Shown in pieces: positions 17,768 to 25,944 of a stretch of DNA of 64,000 nt. This DNA comes from an uncultured virus (IMG/VR IMGVR_UViG_3300027747_002957) (Duplodnaviria > Heunggongvirae > Uroviricota > Caudoviricetes). The stretch is from IMG/VR virus record IMGVR_UViG_3300027747_002957; one strand, given 5' to 3'. The notes under the pieces are model-generated. The model was not told the DNA's origin. It searched no databases and was given only the letters and a program-made list of their open reading frames with translations. A program made the translations under genes and the position numbers. Positions within the stretch are counted from its first letter, which is position 1. Each line of letters opens with the position of its first letter.

Positions 17768-18424
17768 CTAGACCAGACCAAGCTTGGCAAGATGTGCCAG
17801 GCTCTGTCTCACTATCTCAGCAGCAGTCTCTGTGACCAGCTGAGCATCAAACTCGCGTTGTATCATTATGGTAAACGGGCGCAGCCTCGGCTTTTGAGGA
17901 TCGCTTACCACGTGCACTTGGTTGGATGGCACGAAACCAGCATCCTGCCGTATCCTATCAAACAGGCTGCCCTTGGCTTCGTTCACTATGGGACCGTTGA
18001 TGTTCAACAGGTAAGGGAAGTAATCTTCGTTGATCATCCAGTTCTTGAAGAAGCTGATGTTCTTGAGGCTGCGCTCCAGAGCATTGCCCGGATTGTCCTG
18101 CTGATGCTTGTTCTCGCCTATGAACAAGGGCCTGATCAAACCATCGCTGCAGAGCACGGTGATGATCCCACCATCTGGCCTGCTGCTGCCATCGTTGCCC
18201 AGCTGCTCAGCTAGATGAGTGCGATCATAGCGAGCCAAGCTGGCAATGATGTCTGAATTCTTGACGTTGCCAGCGTGAGCTAGCCTTAGATCGCTGTGCT
18301 GCGCACGAAGCTGAGCAAAGAGGTGATCCACGCAATCACGGAAGTTGGCTTCCGTGTTGTTGGACCAGTTGATCCAGATCCTTGCGTTGCGATTGTTCTC
18401 GCTGAGCTGCGCACTGTTTGCCAT
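17768..18424 (-). CDS. EcoRI-family endonuclease
   Basis: RPDGGI, GENKHQ, GNALERSLKNI, FPY correspond to EcoRI KPDGGI/AEAKHQ/GNAIERSHKNI/FPY. Confidence 0.8.
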   Translation of the reverse strand: MANSAQLSENNRNARIWINWSNNTEANFRDCVDHLFAQLRAQHSDLRLAHAGNVKNSDIIASLARYDRTHLAEQLGNDGSSRPDGGIITVLCSDGLIRPLFIGENKHQQDNPGNALERSLKNISFFKNWMINEDYFPYLLNINGPIVNEAKGSLFDRIRQDAGFVPSNQVHVVSDPQKPRLRPFTIMIQREFDAQLVTETAAEIVRQSLAHLAKLGLV

Positions 18425-18507
18425 GTGTTTATTATATCACCAAGGCAGCAGTCATGCAAGCAGCTATCTCGCTCATTGATTTCTGGTTCTGCTTGGCATC
18501 ATAATGT

Positions 18508-19404
18508 GTGATGTTAGCTTACGATTGGCACTACGACAGCATCAGCACAGCACCTGTTGAACAGAGGTTCACCATGACCTACATGACCCTGAGCCGTGAA
18601 CCGCTGAGCTGGCGTTCTGAGATATTGGCTACGGCACGGCACATTGCTGACTCTGAGACCAAGCCATTGGTGGTGTGTCTCAGCGGCGGCATAGACAGCG
18701 AAGTCATAGCCCGTGCCTTCTTGGAGCTCAAAGTGCCATTCAGTGCTCTCACTGCTGAGTTCACGGACGGCAGCAACAGTCACGACATCTGTCATGCCAA
18801 ACAGTTCTGCGCAGACTATGGCATAGAGCAGCACCTGTTAAGGCTGGATCCCGCGCAGGCTTTTGGCCCTGGCATGGAGCGATGGATCAGCGATGGCTAT
18901 GAAGCCTGGAGCCCCTACAGATACCTGCAGCTCTATCTCTTGGAGCGTGCCCAGCGACTGGGAGCCTGCAGCGTGCATGGCGGTGGCACTGACTGCCAGA
19001 CCTACTTCACCGTGTCAGATCAGATCTGCTACAAGCAGAACAGCGGTGTGGTATGTGCGCTGCAGTGGATGGAGCGCAACCATCAGCGACACTATCCCTA
19101 TTTCTACAGCAGCACTCCCGAGATGGTCGCGGCCTATCAACAGATTGATTTGATAGCTGTGATGCTCAGAGATCCCAACTACTTCCGTAGTTTTTCTCGC
19201 AGCAGCTATAGCCCTGAGAAGCAGATAGTGATGCATGCTCAGTGGCCAGCAATGACTCCCAGGCCCAAGTATGATGGTTTCGAAAACATCAGAGCACAGG
19301 CTGACAGCGTGAGCCGCAGCATGGCCGAGCGTTTCCCGCATCTCTGCAAGAGATGGTTTCCCGTCAACGACATGAGAGCCCAGCTGGGCATGGAGCCATT
19401 ATGA
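18508..19404 (+). CDS. PP-loop (N-type ATP pyrophosphatase-like) protein
   Basis: VCLSGGIDS motif. Confidence 0.75.
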   Translation: MMLAYDWHYDSISTAPVEQRFTMTYMTLSREPLSWRSEILATARHIADSETKPLVVCLSGGIDSEVIARAFLELKVPFSALTAEFTDGSNSHDICHAKQFCADYGIEQHLLRLDPAQAFGPGMERWISDGYEAWSPYRYLQLYLLERAQRLGACSVHGGGTDCQTYFTVSDQICYKQNSGVVCALQWMERNHQRHYPYFYSSTPEMVAAYQQIDLIAVMLRDPNYFRSFSRSSYSPEKQIVMHAQWPAMTPRPKYDGFENIRAQADSVSRSMAERFPHLCKRWFPVNDMRAQLGMEPL

Positions 19405-20087
19405 ACCTCTTGGAAACCTATGACGACTGGGTCAGGGCCCAGCAGCACAGGAACAACACTTGGTATGACACGCTGTACGTGATCAGCCACAGGCGCTCGC
19501 AGCGAGTATGCCACGTTACCACTAAGATCAGCGTGGCACGCAGCCTCATGGATCAGGAATATGGTCAGCTGCGCATGAGCATGAACAACAAGAAGGGCCT
19601 ACCAGCAGACTTTGACATGTCACGACCGTGGTTGGCCATGTGTGACAAAGCTGCCAAGGTAACCATGAGCGAGTTCATGGACTCAGACGTGGCTCACTAT
19701 CAGCTGCTGAGCGACCGATACTGGGCCATGGATCTGCTCTATCATGACATACTGCGGCAACATATCGCCTGCCTAGCACATGATCTGCCGCACCAACAGA
19801 GGATCTATGCTGCCAAGGCGTCACAGGCGCAGCTGGTGCTGACCGGAGAGTCTGATCACAGCCTTACCTATCATGTGCATGACTGGGCAGATATCAGTGG
19901 TCTGGATCTGGAGTCTGCTGCCAGAGACATAGCGTTCCAGCAACAAGAAGATGATCTCTTGCTGGCACAGATAGAACAGCTGAGGCTGAGATATCAGTGT
20001 CGCATCAAGGCTGCTGCTGACCGTGATCAGCTGGCAGAAATAATCAACCAGTTCAAGCATGAGTGTACCACCAATGGCAACGTGTGA
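19401..20087 (+). CDS. hypothetical protein
   Basis: ATGA-coupled ORF between two PP-loop genes. Confidence 0.75.
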   Translation: MNLLETYDDWVRAQQHRNNTWYDTLYVISHRRSQRVCHVTTKISVARSLMDQEYGQLRMSMNNKKGLPADFDMSRPWLAMCDKAAKVTMSEFMDSDVAHYQLLSDRYWAMDLLYHDILRQHIACLAHDLPHQQRIYAAKASQAQLVLTGESDHSLTYHVHDWADISGLDLESAARDIAFQQQEDDLLLAQIEQLRLRYQCRIKAAADRDQLAEIINQFKHECTTNGNV

Positions 20088-21198
20088 CGGCCTCTACTAC
20101 TACAGCTCGGCCAATCTGTTCTTTGGTGACAGGTCGCGCATGGACCAGCTCATGGCCGATGACCAGCATGGACTGCGGCTGTTCCGCGATACCTTCATCG
20201 GCTGGGGAGGCAAAGCCAACGTGTGTTGGCATGATAGATCGCTGTCCATAACCACGCCCTTTCGCATGGTGACCATGCCGGGCATGGAGCTACCACGATA
20301 TCGCAAGATTGATCAGAGCCTAGAACAGATTTGCCATGATAGGGCCATGGATCTGCTGGTACAGGCAGAAGCAGCTGACAAGCAGCTGTTGGTGATGTAC
20401 AGCGGTGGCATAGACAGCACGCTGATGCTGGTCAGTCTCATGAAGGCAGCCAGCCCAAAGCAGCTGCGTGCTAGGGTCATGGTGCTGCTGAACCAGCAGA
20501 GCCGCAACGAGAATCCCAGCTTCTATCGTGATCACATCATCAGCAAGTGCAGCATCGATCACAGCCAGTTCTTCCATCGTTACCTAGGCGATGATCGCTA
20601 CATCACAGTGACCGGAGAGTTCAATGATCATCTCTGGGGCAGCCAGCAGCTGGTGGACAGCAGTCACATATTCACGGAACAGCCCTGGGACCTAGCCATG
20701 TGCAGCGATCTGGTAGTGCGTTGGTTGTGTGAAAGATACGACACAGTGACCGCAGAGCGCATCTACACCGTGCTGGCACAGGTGGGCAATGCCTGCCCAT
20801 TCAGCCTTGACAGCGTCTATGCGTGGTACTGGTGGATAGTTTTCACCTGCAAGTGGCAGCAGACCTTCTGGCGGGGAGCTGCGTTCGCACACGCTGAACA
20901 GCGCCACAAGCTGATACCAGAACAAAACTACACTGCTTTCTACAGCACAGAACCATTCCAGCTATGGCACATGAACCATAGGCACGAGCTGCGAGACGAC
21001 AAGTGGCTCTGCAAGGATATCATCCATGATTTCAACGGTGACAGCGACTATCGCAACCGCAAGACCAAGCAGGGCAGCCTTGGTTGGCTGCTGCAGAAGA
21101 AGCCCAGTGCCACGGCCATCGACAGTGACCTAGCATGGCATGATAGCTGGAACAACGATGCTTGGTTGAACCCTGACAACAGCTGGAGCAGAGCATGA
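20059..21198 (+). CDS. PP-loop protein (asparagine synthetase-like)
   Basis: MYSGGIDS, VTGEFNDHLWG. Confidence 0.78.
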   Translation: MSVPPMATCDGLYYYSSANLFFGDRSRMDQLMADDQHGLRLFRDTFIGWGGKANVCWHDRSLSITTPFRMVTMPGMELPRYRKIDQSLEQICHDRAMDLLVQAEAADKQLLVMYSGGIDSTLMLVSLMKAASPKQLRARVMVLLNQQSRNENPSFYRDHIISKCSIDHSQFFHRYLGDDRYITVTGEFNDHLWGSQQLVDSSHIFTEQPWDLAMCSDLVVRWLCERYDTVTAERIYTVLAQVGNACPFSLDSVYAWYWWIVFTCKWQQTFWRGAAFAHAEQRHKLIPEQNYTAFYSTEPFQLWHMNHRHELRDDKWLCKDIIHDFNGDSDYRNRKTKQGSLGWLLQKKPSATAIDSDLAWHDSWNNDAWLNPDNSWSRA

Positions 21199-21199
21199 T

Positions 21200-21275
21200 T
21201 GGTAGACTTCTTGGGACTTGAACCCAAAACCTACCGCTTAAGAGGCGGTTGCTCTAACCATTGAGCTAGAAGTCT
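21200..21275 (-). tRNA. tRNA-Lys(CTT)
   Basis: ACCGC-CTCTTAA-GCGGT, CCA end. Confidence 0.95.
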
Positions 21276-21278
21276 AAG

Positions 21279-21905
21279 CTATAATCTACCAAAAGCCCAC
21301 TGGCGTTCCTGGCACCACCAGCAGCGACCGCAGTGCCCATGATCGGTAGTCAAGGATTCACAGGACCTTGTGATTGGGAACAGCCTATCCATCAGGTCAA
21401 GCTCTTGATACATCTGCCTGACCACACGCTTGTCAATGTTGGTAAATGGTACGCAGATGCGCAGATCAGGATACCATGTGGGTCTCTGTACCTCGGGATC
21501 TCTGGCAGATTGTTCAGTGTTTGGCTGATCAAAAAAGTTAGCTATCTCAGCAGGTGGGTTGGCAGTCACAGCAGTGTATCTCACATCAAACAGTCCCAGC
21601 TGTTGGTATTGGTCCTGTGTGGCGAATAGATTATCTGGATTCTGTGATTTCACATACCAAGTGTGGTGCATCAGATTGTTGTTGCCTGTGAGAGACATGA
21701 TTGTCTTGATGACCTGATGTGCGACGCCGGCGCTGGCATAGCGTTTTCTTTCGCTGGCACAGGTAAGCACGTGGATTGGTCCAGGATGATTGCTCATCAG
21801 AATGAACAACAGTAGGCTGCTATCGGCACCACCGCTCAAACTCACCCCTATTGGACCATCTGTGATCTGTATCTCGACTCCGGCAATGGTAACAGTGCGC
21901 ATCAT
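21279..21905 (-). CDS. QueC-like PP-loop protein
   Basis: SGGADS; PF...DK; TRSC......HCGRCWWCQER Zn motif. Confidence 0.75.
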   Translation of the reverse strand: MMRTVTIAGVEIQITDGPIGVSLSGGADSSLLLFILMSNHPGPIHVLTCASERKRYASAGVAHQVIKTIMSLTGNNNLMHHTWYVKSQNPDNLFATQDQYQQLGLFDVRYTAVTANPPAEIANFFDQPNTEQSARDPEVQRPTWYPDLRICVPFTNIDKRVVRQMYQELDLMDRLFPITRSCESLTTDHGHCGRCWWCQERQWAFGRL

Positions 21906-21955
21906 AAACTTCCTCTGTGACCATTGTAAGGTTCTGCGATATACTAAGCAAAAAA

Positions 21956-22379
21956 CTATGAAGGTTCCCAGTCCATACAGGTCACCTACAACCCTCTAAC
22001 ATCACAAGCAAGAGGCTCCGTTGCGATATCTCACGATACGACTGCCGAGTGTGTCCTCTTGCTAATTGCTTGCCACATGACCCCGCCGCGCCTGTCCGTG
22101 GCATCGTGCCGCTCTCAGAGAGCAGGACCCCGCACTTGATTTTACATGGTGGTGCCTACCATAGCGTGTGCGCTGCGGAATCGAACCGCTCCGGGCATTT
22201 GATGCCTACTCCGCCCTTGGGCGTCTCGGACTTCCCTGTGCTGCCATTACACTAGACGCAAACTGTCAAGACGCGTGGGCGCTCGAATCCCTCCTAATCG
22301 ACGCTTTGGACCCGTCGAACCGGGAGCCACCACATGGGCTGGGCACCATTACCCAATTAAGGCTCGCTAACGCATCTGA
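21956..22379 (-). ncRNA. cluster of putative structured ncRNAs including two tRNA-like elements
   Basis: No credible CDS; paired ends; D-arm and T-arm motifs at 22166-22263; T-loop-like element at 22266-22379. Confidence 0.55.
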
Positions 22380-22381
22380 TT

Positions 22382-22457
22382 TGGCTCCGCGGCTTGGACT
22401 CGAACCAAGGACCAAGTGATTAACAGTCACCTACTCTACCAACTGAGCTACCGCGAA
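22382..22457 (-). tRNA. tRNA-Asn(GTT)
   Basis: GGTGA-CTGTTAA-TCACT, GCCA end. Confidence 0.95.
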
Positions 22458-22506
22458 ATGAACTTTCATACACATACTAGCACTTTTATGCTGTGTGTCA
22501 ACCATT

Positions 22507-22639
22507 TGTTTCCACAGCACAACATCGTGATGCTGGGATTCGAACCCGCACTTCTGACTGCTCAGCCAGCGTCCTCTCCGTTGGACCAATCCACAGCTAC
22601 TACCAAAAGGGTATGCTGCGATGTTGCGTTGCGGAAACA
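22507..22639 (-). ncRNA. tRNA-like core enclosed by ~21-bp terminal stem
   Basis: TGTTTCCGCAACGCAACATCG / CGATGTTGTGCTGTGGAAACA around D-, anticodon-like and T-arms. Confidence 0.65.
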
Positions 22640-22649
22640 AACAGTGTGG

Positions 22650-22726
22650 TGGAGCACCCTGAGGGATTCGAACCCCCGACCGTCGCGTTCGAAGCGCGAA
22701 GCTCTGTTCCACTGAGCTAAGGATGC
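22650..22726 (-). tRNA. tRNA-Arg(TCG)
   Basis: TCGCG-CTTCGAA-CGCGA, CCA end. Confidence 0.95.
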
Positions 22727-22731
22727 GTATA

Positions 22732-22919
22732 TGGTATCCAGGAGGGACGAGTGTCGACCCTCTTTTCAGCGCACGGGTTGCCAAGGTTCTAAGTGGGACC
22801 TACCTATCGGTTACCCACAACCCGACCTCGTCACACAGGGGATGCCATTCAACGCTGCTGCGTGGCGGCAGAGCCTGTTCCCATGTGACCGTGCTATAGT
22901 TACGCTGCCTCCTAGGATC
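22732..22919 (-). ncRNA. ~188-nt structured RNA ending in ACCA
   Basis: ATCCTAGGAGG pairs with CCTCCTGGAT-ACCA; nested helices; fills the gap between two tRNAs. Confidence 0.6.
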
Positions 22920-22920
22920 T

Positions 22921-22998
22921 TGGTCGGGGTGCTCAGATTCGAACTGAGGGTCTCCTGGTCCCAAACCAGGCGCGATAACCAGGCTTCGCTACACCCCG
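22921..22998 (-). tRNA. tRNA-Pro(TGG)
   Basis: CCTGG-TTTGGGA-CCAGG, CCA end. Confidence 0.95.
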
Positions 22999-23005
22999 AA
23001 TTAGT

Positions 23006-23088
23006 TGGTGGGACGTCCTGGAATCGAACCAGGCATGCCATAGGCGGGGGATTTACAGTCCCCGGCATCACCTTGATGCTTCCGTCCC
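23006..23088 (-). tRNA. tRNA-Tyr(GTA)
   Basis: GGGGA-CTGTAAA-TCCCC, long variable arm, CCA end. Confidence 0.95.
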
Positions 23089-23102
23089 AAACTCTTGTGG
23101 CA

Positions 23103-23371
23103 TTATCTCTACAAAGATACACTATTATGGACTCAAACCATAATGGCATCAGAGCTAACTGATCCATGTATCATACCCCACGTCTGGGCAGTGTATCCAT
23201 GAAGAAACAACTGTTATCTCTACAAAGATACTACATAAAGTCAACTTCGGATTCGGTTGCCACCGTCCTTAGCGCCTAACTCTGGTTATCTCAGGACTCT
23301 CAATGCGCCATGAGTGTCCCTAGCTAATACGTCTATCAGCCTACCCAGTGTAGTATCCATGTAGAGATAAC
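23103..23371 (-). ncRNA. two tandem RNA cassettes sharing a conserved terminal duplex
   Basis: TTATCTCTACAAAGATAC at 23103 and 23214, each with a downstream inverted partner GTATCCATG.AGA.A. Confidence 0.65.
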
Positions 23372-23415
23372 TTGCTGTTACCCCAGATTCCCATGTCAAA
23401 CAGCGTCTATTCACT

Positions 23416-23443
23416 ACAATAGCAGGTTTACGACAGCTGTCAA
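23416..23443 (-). promoter_or_regulatory. sigma70-type promoter TTGACA-N16-TATTGT
   Basis: Upstream of the ncRNA/tRNA block. Confidence 0.65.
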
Positions 23444-23459
23444 CCAGATATCATGCAGA

Positions 23460-23999
23460 TCAAGCCGTGATCTTCAGCCTGGGATTCTTCAATAGATCAG
23501 TGTAATCGTTCCACTGATCATTCTTCTTCATGAAAGCTAGCGTAGCGGCTGGCACTTCTATGGAATGCAGATAGCTGGCAAAGTTCTTGATGCTGCCAGC
23601 CACGAACTCTTCTGCTTCTGATCTGTTCATGCTCTTACCGCTATGTTGGAGGTATTCTGTGGGAACCACTCTGTATCGCTGCTTGAGTCTGTTCGCATCT
23701 ATGACAAAGATCACACCTGGAACACCCTGTTGAGCTGCCATTGATCCAGAACCACCACCGGTGGTCCATTTCTTAGCGAACTGGTGGCTGCGTGTCAGGG
23801 ACACTCCCATGACAGCATCTTCTCCGCCTGCTGTATCTATGTCTTTTTCTTTGAATCTTCCGCGCCAGCCGCCAAACAGCTGTTTGGTATTTCCGGCCAG
23901 TTTGTCCATCCTCAGTATCTTGGCAGCGTTTCGTGGGCTGGTCCCGTGATACAGGAACTGTTCTCTCACTGCCTCGCTGACGATATCGCTGATTCTCAT
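23460..23999 (-). CDS. putative ADP-ribosyltransferase-fold protein
   Basis: LYHGTS...GVSLTR...EAEE pattern; MRISDIVSE N-terminus. Confidence 0.55.
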   Translation of the reverse strand: MRISDIVSEAVREQFLYHGTSPRNAAKILRMDKLAGNTKQLFGGWRGRFKEKDIDTAGGEDAVMGVSLTRSHQFAKKWTTGGGSGSMAAQQGVPGVIFVIDANRLKQRYRVVPTEYLQHSGKSMNRSEAEEFVAGSIKNFASYLHSIEVPAATLAFMKKNDQWNDYTDLLKNPRLKITA

Positions 24000-24031
24000 G
24001 ACGTATTTACTGTTAATTGCGCAACTGCATG

Positions 24032-24105
24032 TGGTACCGCCTAGTGGAATTGAACCACTGTATCGAGCTCCACAAACTCGCGTTCTACCATTGAACTAAG
24101 GCGGC
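24032..24105 (-). tRNA. tRNA-His(GTG), alphaproteobacterial type
   Basis: CGAGT-TTGTGGA-GCTCG; no G-1, G1-U72, A73. Confidence 0.93.
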
Positions 24106-24113
24106 ATCATGGG

Positions 24114-24260
24114 TTGGACCAGCCGTGTGCGCACCCGCTGTGGTTCAGAGCCATACGCTGCGCTGCCTCTACCGCTGGTCCAAGATTGATGAGCATCACC
24201 GTGGTTCACGCAGCTGGTCGGCCCCATGGCCGGGCTGTGATCCTTCTACCGCTAGCTCAA
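24114..24260 (-). ncRNA. two tandem ~70-nt related stem-loop elements
   Basis: Both have a closing stem and AGCGGTAGA...CACGG. Confidence 0.5.
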
Positions 24261-24262
24261 AC

Positions 24263-24338
24263 TGGTTGGCACAGATGGACTCAAACCATCGACCTCACGA
24301 TTATCAGTCGTGCGCTCTATCTGCTGAGCTATGCGCCA
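24263..24338 (-). tRNA. tRNA-Ile(GAT)
   Basis: CACGA-CTGATAA-TCGTG, CCA end. Confidence 0.93.
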
Positions 24339-24537
24339 AAAAACTTCTAGTATCCCACAATAACGTCCGCTTGGATCTGGTGTTTGTCGATGTTCAAAAC
24401 ACAGATGCGGATTCAGTTCAAGTATCTGGTTGTGCAGGTGTGTCCAAACGGCCATGTTGTATTGTTCATAGGCTGTGACACTGCCCTGTTCATTGGTATC
24501 TATGATCAGATATCCCTGCATGTCTGTTTCCCTGTAT

Positions 24538-24613
24538 TGGTGCTCCCAAGGGGATTTGAACCCCTGTACCCAACGTGAGAGGCTGGTATCCTAGGCCGCT
24601 AGATGATGGGAGC
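24538..24613 (-). tRNA. tRNA-Glu(CTC)
   Basis: CCAGC-CTCTCAC-GTTGG, CCA end. Confidence 0.93.
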
Positions 24614-24615
24614 AA

Positions 24616-25611
24616 CTATTCTATGATCAACCTATCTCTGAGGTTGTGTTGGCAGTGCCGCACACATTCTGTGTTGGTCTGCATGTTGGTGTGAAGCCAA
24701 GCGAACCAATCGCCGCTGACAATGTCTTCGACGCTCGCATGGTGAAGATCGTGATGTGCCTGCTGTCCGAGATCACTGATTATGGTCTCGTAGCGAGTTT
24801 TCACCCTGGTATTTGACAGATCTATGAAACAGCAAGGGCTGACCTCACCACGATGGTTGATGAACAGCTCTGGCGGTTGCTCTTCTGGTGCCAGAGCTGG
24901 ATTTCTTGTCAGGGCCTTGCAGGTCACGCTGGCCTGTGAATGATAATCGCCGAGCTGTGTGACCTTGATGCCTCTGTCATTGGCATCGCGACCGCTGTAT
25001 CTAATGAGCAGCTGCTGGAAACCTTCAATGCTGTGCAGAGCTCGGATCTCAGCTAGCTGATGTTGGTTGTGCTCAAACACCACGAACTGCCAAAAAGCCA
25101 TGCCGCCTGCGCCGATATATGCTCTCCAGTTCTGCTGTAGCTTTTGCCAATCGCTGCCAATCCTATAGATGTGATTGGTGTCTTCCAATCCGTCTATGGC
25201 AAACACTGTTCTCAGTCTGCCATCGCTGTGCCTGCTCAGCTGTCCCAGTTCTTGGAACCACCTAGCTGTGCGGGTGCTGCCGTTGGTGTGTATGAGAACT
25301 CGCAGTTGATCGTTGATGCCAAGCCAGTGGGTGATCATACCAAACAGCTGGGGATGCATGCTGGGATCATCTATGTTGCCGCTGAACACCACTCGCTGTA
25401 GATTGGGCCACTGTCCAGCCACGAAACTCTGTTGTAACAGCTGCAGATCCAGGAACTGATCATTCATCTGCTCTCCCAGTCTCAGCCTCGTGGCCCGCGA
25501 GCAGCCGGGGCAGCTGAGATTGCAGAAATTGCTGATCTGCAGGTGTATGGTTTTGGTATCAGCCGCAGTGCGAGGCCATCTTTGCATGGCGTTACTTATG
25601 GTGGCAAGCAT
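24616..25611 (-). CDS. radical SAM/SPASM-like protein
   Basis: CNLSCPGC, HTNGS, FAIDG, C-terminal G.V.PCC. Confidence 0.9.
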   Translation of the reverse strand: MLATISNAMQRWPRTAADTKTIHLQISNFCNLSCPGCSRATRLRLGEQMNDQFLDLQLLQQSFVAGQWPNLQRVVFSGNIDDPSMHPQLFGMITHWLGINDQLRVLIHTNGSTRTARWFQELGQLSRHSDGRLRTVFAIDGLEDTNHIYRIGSDWQKLQQNWRAYIGAGGMAFWQFVVFEHNQHQLAEIRALHSIEGFQQLLIRYSGRDANDRGIKVTQLGDYHSQASVTCKALTRNPALAPEEQPPELFINHRGEVSPCCFIDLSNTRVKTRYETIISDLGQQAHHDLHHASVEDIVSGDWFAWLHTNMQTNTECVRHCQHNLRDRLIIE

Positions 25612-25721
25612 GGCTTGCTCACCGTTGAATCTCCCCGCCGAAACCACCTATTCGGCCCTTTGGCTCAAGTACTGGTCGGGGGCTGCTCTTATGCCAAGGG
25701 AGCAGCGGCCTGTCAGATAAT

Positions 25722-25751
25722 AAAAAACCCAGGAATCTTTCGATTCCCGGG
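25722..25751 (-). terminator. intrinsic terminator (putative attenuator)
   Basis: CCCGGGAATC-GAAA-GATTCCTGGG followed by T6. Confidence 0.9.
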
Positions 25752-25785
25752 GTGCTTTGGACGATTGTGTTGCTGTTTTGCTACA

Positions 25786-25938
25786 CTATCCTCTACACCC
25801 CTCTGCTGGCAATTCCACGCCGCGATCTAAGCCACAGAGCTGCCCATTAGCTACTGCCAGCCAAATGGTATTGGGCATGGCTTGATAGCTATGTTGCAGT
25901 GTAAAGCTCGGTGATTTAGGCGCGAAACTTGTCATCAT
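25786..25938 (-). CDS. putative leader peptide (50 aa, all 20 amino acids)
   Basis: MMTSFAPKSPSFTLQHSYQAMPNTIWLAVANGQLCGLDRGVELPAEGCRG; lies between promoter and terminator; not in the ORF track. Confidence 0.7.
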   Translation of the reverse strand: MMTSFAPKSPSFTLQHSYQAMPNTIWLAVANGQLCGLDRGVELPAEGCRG

Positions 25939-25944
25939 GATCTA

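Noticed and set aside
23103..23371. Possible CRISPR array
   Set aside because: Only two direct copies, each with an inverted partner and unequal spacing; no cas genes seen
24252..24521. 89-aa minus-strand ORF between tRNA-Glu and tRNA-Ile
   Set aside because: It runs through tRNA-Ile; may be a real small gene but cannot be supported
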